Shown one piece after another: positions 38,310-46,303 of a stretch of DNA of 64,000 nt. The stretch covers positions 1,092 through 65,091 of the forward strand of contig DASXHS010000079.1 of assembly GCA_036488345.1 (NCBI GenBank), read 5' to 3'. Within the stretch, counting starts at the first letter, position 1. The number at the start of each line of letters is the position of its first letter. The stretch is from Candidatus Udaeobacter sp. (GTDB lineage Bacteria > Verrucomicrobiota > Verrucomicrobiia > Chthoniobacterales > UBA10450). A program made the translations under genes and the position numbers. The notes below the pieces were generated by a model. It was not told the DNA's origin. It did not search any database and saw only the letters and a list, made by a program, of their open reading frames with translations.

Positions 38310-38792
38310 ATGCAAATACAAGTTGGTATCATCACAATTTCTGATCGCGCCAGCGCGGGTGATTATGAGGACTTGGGCGGGCCCGCCTTGAAACAAGTCG
38401 CGCAAAAGATTGGCTGGCACGTCTTAGCCGAAGCGATTGTGTCAGACGAGATCGGTAAAATTCAGGAAACAATTCGATCGTTTGCCACGCAAGGCTGCGG
38501 ATTGATTCTGACGACGGGCGGCACGGGTATCAGCCCGCGTGATGTTACGCCGGAGGCGATTCGTGCCGTGATGCGAGTAGAGTTGCCAGGATTCGGAGAA
38601 GTAATGCGCGCCGAATCGATGAAAATTACGCCGAACGCCATTCTCTCACGCAACCTGGCCGCGGTTGTCGGTCAGGCTCTTGTGATCGCGCTGCCAGGAA
38701 AGCCGAGCGGCGCTGTGGAATGTCTTAGCTTTGTGCAAGGAGCCATCCCGCATGGCGTAGCGGTAGCGCAAGGCACACCGACGTCGTGCTGA
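38310..38792 (+). CDS. mog: Molybdopterin adenylyltransferase / MoaB-Mog family protein
   Basis: The sequence contains VGIITISDRAS, LILTTGGTGISPRDVTPEA and PGKPSGA. The ATG at 38310 avoids overlap with moaC. Confidence 0.85.
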   Translation: MQIQVGIITISDRASAGDYEDLGGPALKQVAQKIGWHVLAEAIVSDEIGKIQETIRSFATQGCGLILTTGGTGISPRDVTPEAIRAVMRVELPGFGEVMRAESMKITPNAILSRNLAAVVGQALVIALPGKPSGAVECLSFVQGAIPHGVAVAQGTPTSC

Positions 38793-38807
38793 AACTTTCG
38801 GCACGGA

Positions 38808-39848
38808 TTAATTCGGCCAGATCAGCAGGTGCATCATCTGCGAGCCATAGTTCGTGAGATGCGCGTTTACTCCACGGCCAGAAACTATATCGCGAGTGAG
38901 ATAGGAATACTCCGCCGAGCTACTTTTAATGTAGCTTACCTCGGGCTGCGCTACGCGTTTGTCGGATGATTCAATTCTCAAGGGAACGCCGGAACTCGCG
39001 AACGAGACTTCCCAAGACGATCCACTTCGTTTTCCTGCTGCAAGCATCCAGGGGTACAGTGTTAGCAAATCGAAGTGCTGCGCCTTCGGCAGCGTGATCT
39101 TATAGAGGGTCTCTTCAGTGGTGAGAAATTCGGGAATCGTGAGTGCCGGATTTTTTCGGAGCGCCAAAAAAAGGCGCGCCACGTCGAGCCCAGCGAGGTT
39201 CATGCCGTTGTAGAGACCATGGCGATTGGCATCGTTCCTAAAAAATGTGTTGTACCAGCCTTCGAATTGGCGACTAAACATTAGGCACAATTCCAGATGT
39301 AGATGTGCGCGTTCGCGGTTTATGCCCGTTCCGGTGTAACCCATCACCGCGATCGGTTGACCGCGCTTCACCGTCTCACCGGGCTGCACTGCAATCGAGC
39401 TGAGATGTGCGTACAGACTGTAGTAACTCGAGCCGCCCCACCGATGTTCGATTACGATGTACTTGCCATAATTTGAGTAGCCAGCCACGGGACTGATGTG
39501 CACAACTTCTCCATCGGCAATGGCGCGCACTTCGTCCCGAGGCTCGCCGTTTGCATCGCGGTGCACGGACCGGATATCGATTCCTTCGTGAAACCGCGTA
39601 TAAATGAGGCCTCCTCCAGTGCTTTTAGGATCACGGACAAAACCGTATTGCCCGCCTTCCCATGGTGCCGCTTTCGCGCCGTCATAGTCGCGGTCGACAG
39701 ATTGGTAAAAAGCGGGGCCATCTCCCGAAAAAAGAGCATCATTGTCCGTGGGCAGAACAAGATCGAGAACCTGATTTTGTGCCGTTTGCAGTGTCATCGG
39801 ACCAGAGAACAGCAGAGTGATAACAACTACGCCGATCAATAGTCGCAT
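38808..39848 (-). CDS. M23 family metallopeptidase, exported
   Basis: It has an HxxxD motif (HEGIDI), the sequence YSLYAHLSSI, and an HxH motif (HLHLEL), plus an N-terminal hydrophobic signal. Confidence 0.85.
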   Translation of the reverse strand: MRLLIGVVVITLLFSGPMTLQTAQNQVLDLVLPTDNDALFSGDGPAFYQSVDRDYDGAKAAPWEGGQYGFVRDPKSTGGGLIYTRFHEGIDIRSVHRDANGEPRDEVRAIADGEVVHISPVAGYSNYGKYIVIEHRWGGSSYYSLYAHLSSIAVQPGETVKRGQPIAVMGYTGTGINRERAHLHLELCLMFSRQFEGWYNTFFRNDANRHGLYNGMNLAGLDVARLFLALRKNPALTIPEFLTTEETLYKITLPKAQHFDLLTLYPWMLAAGKRSGSSWEVSFASSGVPLRIESSDKRVAQPEVSYIKSSSAEYSYLTRDIVSGRGVNAHLTNYGSQMMHLLIWPN

Positions 39849-39860
39849 GGACGATGAACC

Positions 39861-40328
39861 TTAGCGCTTTGGCTGGCCGGGCAAGCGCCACTGTTTCTTC
39901 ATTAGGTCAACATCCGCGGCAGTTAGTCCTGACGGAACATAAATTTTTCCATCCGACACCCGCTTGTCGATCTGTAATTCAGTGATCAGTCTGCCGTTGA
40001 TCAATACAAAGAGAAAGCCGCCCCGGCGTTCGACGCTCAACGTGTCGAGCACGACGCGTCCGTGATCGTCGAGTTGAAACAATGCGCCAAAAGTTCCGTC
40101 CTTGGCTGGGTACGGACAAAAGGCCATGACATCGTTCTCCGTAATCCACGACAGTTTTTCAATGGCAACATCTTTCCCGGAAGAGGTCGCGCGCGCGGGT
40201 ATTGAGAACACATCCGTATCCTGAGGGTTTGCTTGCGCATGGACACGAAAAGTGCAGTGTCGTTCCTTCGCTGCTGCATCAATCAGCGCAAAAACCAGGC
40301 AAAATACGAATACACAAAGACTTCTCAT
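39861..40328 (-). CDS. Exported hypothetical protein
   Basis: The ATG at 40328 gives the signal-like MRSLCVFVFCLVFALIDAAA. I recognise no family. Confidence 0.55.
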   Translation of the reverse strand: MRSLCVFVFCLVFALIDAAAKERHCTFRVHAQANPQDTDVFSIPARATSSGKDVAIEKLSWITENDVMAFCPYPAKDGTFGALFQLDDHGRVVLDTLSVERRGGFLFVLINGRLITELQIDKRVSDGKIYVPSGLTAADVDLMKKQWRLPGQPKR

Positions 40329-40419
40329 GCCGATCGACTGCGAACACATTCGCGAGTTCATAAATGGTTTGACACCAATTTTGCAACCCAGAAAACATTT
40401 TCGGGCTGTTTAGGGCCTC

Positions 40420-40953
40420 ATGAAGCGACGCCTCGTTTTGCTTGTTCTGATAGTTTTTGTGACCGGGACCGCGGTCGCTCAGGACGTTACGCCGACGCCT
40501 ACACCAACACGAAAACGAGGTTGGTTGAGCCGGGTTCTTCATCCATTTTCTCCCAACGTCGTTCCGCAGTACAAAGATCCACGGCTGCGCGGGCTCGCCC
40601 TCGATCTGCAAATCACTCCCCAAACTGTGAAATTATCTGAAGTCCGTCAGCTCAGCGTGAAAGTAACACTGGCAAATCTGTCCAAACGGCCCGTCACACT
40701 CGATTTTCCGACGACTCAGCGCATTGAAATCTATCTGACGAATTCCGCGGGCGAAGTCCTGACAAAGTGGTCTGAGAACCACGCCATCGCTGAAAAACCT
40801 GGGACAATCTTAATTAATTCGTCCGAGAGGATCGAGTACAACGAAACCATCTCGACCCGCGAACTTACGCCCAACAAGGTTTTTGTAGCCGAGGTTTTCT
40901 TTCCTCAATTTCTAGAGCTGCGTATTCGGGAAAAGTTCCTGGCAGTGCCCTGA
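40420..40953 (+). CDS. Exported hypothetical protein (possibly a BsuPI-like protease-inhibitor fold)
   Basis: The signal peptide is MKRRLVLLVLIVFVTGTAVA. The pattern VTLDFPTTQRIEIYLTNSAGEVLTKWSE resembles BsuPI-type domains. The functional call is weak. Confidence 0.5.
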   Translation: MKRRLVLLVLIVFVTGTAVAQDVTPTPTPTRKRGWLSRVLHPFSPNVVPQYKDPRLRGLALDLQITPQTVKLSEVRQLSVKVTLANLSKRPVTLDFPTTQRIEIYLTNSAGEVLTKWSENHAIAEKPGTILINSSERIEYNETISTRELTPNKVFVAEVFFPQFLELRIREKFLAVP

Positions 40954-40960
40954 CGAAGCG

Positions 40961-41030
40961 ACGGAGTAACGGAGTAATGGCTTCTGAAGCGCTTCCAATA
41001 CTCCCGCGCTCCAATACCCCATTACTCCTC
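40961..41030. repeat. Family-D short inverted repeat (ggagtaacggagtaatgg ... ccaataccccattactcc) spanning a gene start
   Basis: acggagtaatgg (40969-40980) and ccattactcctc (41019-41030) are near-perfect reverse complements. The units ggagtaa/ggagtaa and ccaatac/ccaatac are iterated. Confidence 0.6.
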
Positions 41031-41810
41031 TTTTCCGACTACCATATGCACCCGCAGGGACATCGTGTGAAGCGATACACGCAGGAATTACTCCAGCCCT
41101 GGGCGGATTCGGCGCGGAGATCAGGATTAACGGATATCGCTTTCACCGATCACGACCGTTACCACGCCGGAATCGACCTTGATGAAATCAATCGCTTGCG
41201 GGAACGAAATCCCGATTTGCGGATCCGCGCCGGGATCGAGCTGGATAACGATCCCGTCCATTCACTAGCCGGCCGCAAATGGATCGAAAAAAATTGGGAC
41301 AAACTGGATTTCGTTCTCGGCTCCGTGCATTTCATGGAGCGCGCCGATCAGATGTTCGACAGCGTGCCGGATGGTGCAGGCCAATTCGAGGGCCGCAACA
41401 TCGACGAGATGTATGCCGATTACTTTCGCCGTTTACGCGAATTAATTGCTACTGGCTTGGTTGACGCTCTTGCTCACTTGGATTTGATCAAAATCCATGG
41501 ACATCGCCCGACAGCAGAAATCGACATGTTAATTAACGAGACACTTGAATTGATTCGTGCGCGCAAACTTGCGACTGAGCTTTCCACCGCCGGTTGGCGT
41601 AAACCGGTGAACGAACTCTATCCCAGTGATTCAATTATCGATTTGGCGGTGAAGAAGGGAATTCCATTTACAACCGCGTCCGACGCGCACTCACACGTCC
41701 AACTTGGCGAGAATTTTGCCAGGCTCGCGGACAAGATGGCCGAACTCGGCATTTGCCGAGTTTGCATTTTTGAAAAGCACAAGGCTGTCCAGGTGCCGCT
41801 ACAACTTTAG
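40977..41810 (+). CDS. Histidinol-phosphatase, PHP family (HisJ/HisK-like)
   Basis: It shows the DYHMHPQGH, FTDHD, GSVHF, HLD and SDAHS motifs. The only upstream Met lies inside the family-D repeat. Confidence 0.75.
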   Translation: MASEALPILPRSNTPLLLFSDYHMHPQGHRVKRYTQELLQPWADSARRSGLTDIAFTDHDRYHAGIDLDEINRLRERNPDLRIRAGIELDNDPVHSLAGRKWIEKNWDKLDFVLGSVHFMERADQMFDSVPDGAGQFEGRNIDEMYADYFRRLRELIATGLVDALAHLDLIKIHGHRPTAEIDMLINETLELIRARKLATELSTAGWRKPVNELYPSDSIIDLAVKKGIPFTTASDAHSHVQLGENFARLADKMAELGICRVCIFEKHKAVQVPLQL

Positions 41811-42677
41811 ATCGAGCTGCGATTCTCTGTCCGCAGAAAACGCGCGTTCGGTTTCCAACGGCAGAGGCAGATCGAAGCCGAGCCGTTCGGCGAGACGTTG
41901 ACACGTCTCCGGTGCAAACCCTTCAAAGTGATTGCCAGCAAATGCCCAGACACTGCGCACGTCCGCAAGATGCCGCTGAATCTTCAGCGACCAGCTTTCC
42001 AAAGCGGCTTCGCGTTTCCACAGTAATTTTTCGTAACGATGGATGTGGCCACCGTCGAGGTCGTATTTCGTCGCGTAATCGCCAAGCAAGCGCAGGTACA
42101 GAAAATCAGTGGTGCATGGCAGAAATTCGAAGGGCGCAAGGTTTCGCTCGTTGAGCGGAGTGGTATCGGCCCAGACCCAGCAAATGCGGTACTTTTCCAC
42201 TAGCCGAATAAACTGGGGCCGGTGCCAGCCTGCGTGGCGAAATTCAATGGCAAACCGGAAATCCCGTGGTAATTGCGCCAGGAACTTGCGCAGCGCCTGT
42301 TTTCCGTTTGCTGGTGTCAGCGAAGGCGGGAGCTGAATCAGGATAACATGTAGCTTTGGTCCGAGGGGTTCGATCGCGCAGAGAAACGAACTTAGCTCTG
42401 CAGCGCAATCTCGGAGACGGCAAATGTGGGTGATGTGGCGGGGAAGCTTGCAGGTAAACCGAAAGCTGGCGGGAGTCGTTTCGGCCCAGCGACGAACCGT
42501 TGTTTCGGTTGGCGCCGCGTGGAATGTAGAATCCACTTCGACGGCCGAAAAATGGCCTGCATAAAATTCGAGCCAGTGCGAGGCCGGCAAATCATCTGGA
42601 TAAAAGGCACCGCGCCAGTTGTCGAAGCTCCATGCGCACGAGCCGATGCGTATCTTCTGTTGATCAGTGAGATTCAA
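41799..42677 (-). CDS. DUF72 (UPF0759) family protein
   Basis: IRIGSCAWSFDNWRGAFYPDDLPASHWLEFYAGHFSAVEVDSTFH is the typical DUF72 N-terminus. Confidence 0.8.
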   Translation of the reverse strand: MNLTDQQKIRIGSCAWSFDNWRGAFYPDDLPASHWLEFYAGHFSAVEVDSTFHAAPTETTVRRWAETTPASFRFTCKLPRHITHICRLRDCAAELSSFLCAIEPLGPKLHVILIQLPPSLTPANGKQALRKFLAQLPRDFRFAIEFRHAGWHRPQFIRLVEKYRICWVWADTTPLNERNLAPFEFLPCTTDFLYLRLLGDYATKYDLDGGHIHRYEKLLWKREAALESWSLKIQRHLADVRSVWAFAGNHFEGFAPETCQRLAERLGFDLPLPLETERAFSADRESQLDLKL

Positions 42678-42822
42678 ATGAATTCAAACATTAATCGTTT
42701 TTGCCCGTGGAAAAAAGCTTCTGCCCTAACGAATATGATGTGACTCGGGTCTGGGATTGCGCAGGTCCGACGTCTGTTGAAACTTGACTGGCAACGGAAG
42801 TTAATTACCCTGCGACACCCGA

Positions 42823-44097
42823 ATGCAATTCCTTATTCGAGTCATTTTAATCCTGATAGCGGTAGTGTTTTTTGTACCCGAACCGAGCGGGGCCTCGCTC
42901 GTTTTTAAGCCGGGCCAGAAGGCGGAGTATGTACCACCGGGCGAGGAAGAAATAAGCGGCAATGCGGCGGAGATCTATCAGACCGCGCAGAACGCTGAAA
43001 AGGAAAACAACCTCAAGCGCGCGATCAGAGCTTACAAGACCCTTGTCAAACGTCACCCAAAAGACGGGCTGGCTCCTAACGCTCTTTTTCGTGCTGCTCA
43101 ATTACAGGAACAGACCCACCAATTCACTGCAGCAGCCGAATCATATCTCCAGTTGGTTGAAAGATATGCGAGCAACACACATTTTGATGAAGCAATCGAG
43201 GGACAATTTCGAGTTGGTGAGATTTATCTTAATGGAAAAAAATTGAAGGTGTTGGGCATTCCGGTCGCGTCTGCGTTGGATCGAGCGGTAACGATTTTCG
43301 CAAATGTTGTCCGCACCGCGCCGTATGGAAGATACACCGCACGAGCGCAGTTTAATATCGGCATGGCGCGTGAAAAGCAGGGAGCGAACGATGCGGCAAT
43401 CCAGGCTTACCAAGCCGTCGTGGACAAGTTTCCTAACGAGCCAATAGCCGTCGATGCCCAATATCAAATCGGTTACATTTGGTTTTCGGCCTCACAGCTA
43501 GGCACAAATGACGCCGCCGCCGCAAACAATGCGAAAACGGCTTTCCAGGATTTTCTTTTCCATTATCCCAAGAGCGAGAAAGCAGCACAAGCGCGCAAGA
43601 ATCTCGACATTCTTGAGCACAAGCAGACAAACAATTCTTTTAAGGTCGCGAAATTCTACGATAAGCAAAAATATTATCGCGCCGCGGTTATCTACTATAA
43701 TGAAGTGATTCGGCAGCAGCCCGGATCAGAGGAAAGCAACAAAGCGAAGAAACGAATCGACCAGCTACGGGCTAAATACGGCGATGCTGCATTGCAGCCG
43801 GCAATACCGGTTTCCGAGACCGCAAAGAAAAAAGCCGAAACGCATGGAGGTAGAACTGCCGGAACTGCACCGGCCAAGCCGGGTGCGCCGAATAACGAGG
43901 CGCCCCTGCCTCCATCGGACGGCGAAAGCTCGCTTCCACCGCCGGCTTCGCTCGCGCCCGATACTACTACTGCGCCAGAACCTCTGCCGCCTCTGCCGGG
44001 CACGAGCACGAGCACAAGCACAAGCACAAGCTCCGATCCTTCGGGCGCTCCCGCAGCATCGTCCTCTCCGGAAGAGTCCGCCCTACCGGCGCCTTGA
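42823..44097 (+). CDS. BamD/YfiO-like TPR protein with a long Pro/Ser/Thr-rich C-terminal tail
   Basis: There is an N-terminal hydrophobic segment and repeated TPR-like helices (ALFRAAQLQEQ, AQFNIGMAREKQG, AQYQIGYIWF). The tail contains PLPGTSTSTSTSTSSDP, encoded by (agcacr)n. Confidence 0.6.
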   Translation: MQFLIRVILILIAVVFFVPEPSGASLVFKPGQKAEYVPPGEEEISGNAAEIYQTAQNAEKENNLKRAIRAYKTLVKRHPKDGLAPNALFRAAQLQEQTHQFTAAAESYLQLVERYASNTHFDEAIEGQFRVGEIYLNGKKLKVLGIPVASALDRAVTIFANVVRTAPYGRYTARAQFNIGMAREKQGANDAAIQAYQAVVDKFPNEPIAVDAQYQIGYIWFSASQLGTNDAAAANNAKTAFQDFLFHYPKSEKAAQARKNLDILEHKQTNNSFKVAKFYDKQKYYRAAVIYYNEVIRQQPGSEESNKAKKRIDQLRAKYGDAALQPAIPVSETAKKKAETHGGRTAGTAPAKPGAPNNEAPLPPSDGESSLPPPASLAPDTTTAPEPLPPLPGTSTSTSTSTSSDPSGAPAASSSPEESALPAP

Positions 44098-44597
44098 AAG
44101 CCTCACTAGCGACAATCCTTTGCCTCGCGATCTCCGGTTGCCTTGGATATCACGTCGGCCCGGTAAAGCCGTACTATCTCCGGGATATTCACCGTATTGC
44201 GGTGCCTACGTTCACTAATCGCACGCTGGTGCCGCACATCGAAGTCCTGGTGACCGATACGGTGATTAAACAATTCCAACAGGATGGCACTTTTATAATT
44301 ACAAGCGATGACAAGGCGGATGCCACCTTGACTGGAGAGATATCTCGCATCAACCGGGTGCCGGCGCGCTCGGTGAGCGGGAATGTGCTGGCCACAACAG
44401 AATTTAGCCTCGCGCTAACCGTAAATTTCTCGCTCACTGCACGAGACGGCAAACAGCTGGCCGGTCCGAATGACGTAATCGGTACCACCAGTTTCTTTGT
44501 CAGCAGCGACGTAACAACAGACGAACGACAAGCGTTGCCACTCGCCACCGAGGACCTCGCCACCCGATTAGTTACTCAACTAAGCGAGGGATGGTGA
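44094..44597 (+). CDS. LptE-like LPS-assembly lipoprotein
   Basis: The TTG start overlaps the upstream TGA (cTTGAaa). It has the lipobox AISGC, and IAVPTFTNRTLVPHIEVLVTDTVIKQF is LptE-like. Confidence 0.55.
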   Translation: MKASLATILCLAISGCLGYHVGPVKPYYLRDIHRIAVPTFTNRTLVPHIEVLVTDTVIKQFQQDGTFIITSDDKADATLTGEISRINRVPARSVSGNVLATTEFSLALTVNFSLTARDGKQLAGPNDVIGTTSFFVSSDVTTDERQALPLATEDLATRLVTQLSEGW

Positions 44598-44601
44598 TGA
44601 G

Positions 44602-45480
44602 ATGAAAGGGGAAGAGAAGCTATGGGTGATCCTCAACGAGAAGCTCGACAATCTGCGCGCCACCAACCGTCTGCCTGAGGCAATTCGGGTCGCCGAAACC
44701 GCCCTTGAAGTTGCCAGGCGGGCATTCAAAGGGAATCAGACGGCACTCGCCACGAGCTTTGAGAAACTAGGGCAGCTACTAGAACAAAAGGGGGATCACG
44801 CTGGAGCCGAAGCACATTTGCTGAAGGCGCACGCGATCCTTGAAAAGGGAAATCCGCCAGATCGGCGCGCCATCTATCGCTCGGCACGACGATTGGCACT
44901 GCTCTTTGATGGTCTAGGTCAATCCGAAGAAGCGATCGATTTTTACCAGAAAGCAATAGCTGCTGGAACCGAGGTCGAGGACGTCCCTTATTCAGATATC
45001 GGAACCATGCTTAACAACGTCGCCCTGATTCTCCGGAAGTCGGGCCGGCAAAAGGCGGCCGAACCCTGTTACCTGCGGGCCTTGGAGATTTATGAGAAGC
45101 AACTCGGACCTGACCACGCTGATGTAGCATCGGTGCTGAACAACCTGGCCGTCTTTTACACCAACGAACGCCGATACACCGAAGCCGAGAAACTACATCT
45201 TCGGGCCTTGGCGATCAGAGAGGACCTACAGCCTCACCCGATTGCTGATATTGCTCAGTCGAAATGCAATCTGGCGGTGGTGTATCATTCTCGTGGTGAT
45301 TATGCGAAGGCGGCGGAACTCTATCAGTCCTCACTCAAGAGTTGGGAACAAGTCGAGGAAAAACCCTCGAAAGATTACGAAATTGTCGTGTCCAATTATG
45401 CCGATCTCTTACGTTCCCTTGGACAGGTGCGCAAGGCGCATCAATTAGAGGTGCGCGCGCGCAAGAAACTGGCCGGGTGA
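44602..45480 (+). CDS. TPR-repeat protein (TPR_12 / kinesin-light-chain-like repeats)
   Basis: It has repeated 42-aa units such as LNNVALILRKSGRQKAAEPCYLRALEIYEKQLGPDHADVASVLNNLAVFY. Confidence 0.75.
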   Translation: MKGEEKLWVILNEKLDNLRATNRLPEAIRVAETALEVARRAFKGNQTALATSFEKLGQLLEQKGDHAGAEAHLLKAHAILEKGNPPDRRAIYRSARRLALLFDGLGQSEEAIDFYQKAIAAGTEVEDVPYSDIGTMLNNVALILRKSGRQKAAEPCYLRALEIYEKQLGPDHADVASVLNNLAVFYTNERRYTEAEKLHLRALAIREDLQPHPIADIAQSKCNLAVVYHSRGDYAKAAELYQSSLKSWEQVEEKPSKDYEIVVSNYADLLRSLGQVRKAHQLEVRARKKLAG

Positions 45481-45516
45481 GTTATCCCCGGGAATCGCTT
45501 CGATTTCAGCTTGCAG

Positions 45517-45555
45517 GCGGGCTCCCACCCTCGCATTGTAAGCCCCCGCTTTTTT
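45517..45555 (+). terminator. Candidate intrinsic terminator after the TPR gene
   Basis: The imperfect stem gcgggct...agccc(cc)cgc is followed by TTTTTT (45550-45555) and directly abuts tRNA-Leu. Confidence 0.4.
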
Positions 45556-45637
45556 GCTCGCGTGGCGGAACTGGCAGACGCGTACGGCTCAGGACCGTAT
45601 GGGGCAACCCGTGGAGGTTCGAGTCCTCTCGCGAGCA
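45556..45637 (+). tRNA. tRNA-Leu (anticodon CAG)
   Basis: A manual cloverleaf gives acceptor gctcgcg/cgcgagc, a D-arm gcggaactggcagacgc, an anticodon arm acgg-CTCAGGA-ccgt, a long variable arm ggggcaacccgt, a T-arm ggagg-ttcgagt-cctct and discriminator A. CCA is not encoded. Confidence 0.9.
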
Positions 45638-45674
45638 GTTTCTGTTGTCGTGCAACCGACTTTCAGATCTACCT

Positions 45675-45716
45675 GCAACTGCCCGATGTTAGTACGGGCT
45701 CTGCAGTTGCTTATTT
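45675..45716 (+). terminator. Candidate terminator hairpin downstream of tRNA-Leu
   Basis: gcaactgc (45675-82) pairs with gcagttgc (45703-10), with an inner cccg/cggg stem, followed by TTATTT. It overlaps the stop codon of the convergent minus-strand gene. Confidence 0.4.
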
Positions 45717-46151
45717 CGAGCCGGCTTTCCTTCGGGCCGCCCATCGTGCCTTCATTAGCTCGGAAAGTCTCTTTCGGCCGGCAGGTGTAAGCGCACCCCT
45801 CTTACGGCCAGAAGCTTTTTGTTTCCCCCCGGCTTTCCTTCTGGCGGCCCAGCGAGCCTTCATTAACTGGGAAAGTTTCCTTCGGCCGGCCGGTGTAAGC
45901 TGACCTTTTCCTTTCGCAGGAGCTGGTGCTGTTGTTCCTGTGCCTCGCCTCTTTGCCCAACGAGCTCGGGCCGCCGCCGCGAGCTTCGCTCTTGTGGCAG
46001 GCGAGAAGAATCGCCCACTGGCAGGAGAAGCCGCCGGACCCGTTGGTGTTTGGGGTGTCCCTCGCAAAAGAGAGGAAAGGCGTCGTTGCAGATTATCGAT
46101 TTGCTGGCGAATTGAAATCGCTTCCTGTAGGTCTTTAACAGATATGTCCAT
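45711..46151 (-). CDS. Highly basic protein with tandem repeats of a TPAGR+KLS.LMKARWAARRKAG motif; function unknown
   Basis: The ATG at 46151 gives MDISVKDLQEAISIRQQIDNLQRRL. Two near-identical copies of a 36-aa (108-bp) repeat, the second truncated at the stop codon, plus one degenerate copy (SPATRAKLAAAARARWAKRRG). Confidence 0.6.
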   Translation of the reverse strand: MDISVKDLQEAISIRQQIDNLQRRLSSLLRGTPQTPTGPAASPASGRFFSPATRAKLAAAARARWAKRRGTGTTAPAPAKGKGQLTPAGRRKLSQLMKARWAARRKAGGKQKASGRKRGALTPAGRKRLSELMKARWAARRKAGSK

Positions 46152-46303
46152 CCCGGTAGATAGCCGTAGTTGCCATGTATGGCAATTAGTAATTTTAAGC
46201 GAGTTTCCGGCCTTGTTCCTCAACGTTAGCTTGTTAGCTATGTCATGAGTCATAAGACGGACTGGCTTAACAAACGCGTTGATGGTTCAATAAGATTTCT
46301 GCC

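Noticed and set aside
45511-45903. A 130-aa plus-strand ORF covering tRNA-Leu and the 108-bp repeats.
   Set aside because: It runs through a tRNA gene. I preferred the minus-strand frame because it has a plausible ATG and a coiled-coil N-terminus, but this choice should be verified.
45638-46303. A possible integration module at tRNA-Leu.
   Set aside because: There is no integrase or att-like duplicate of the tRNA end. Only one small repeat protein lies between the tRNA and ubiE.
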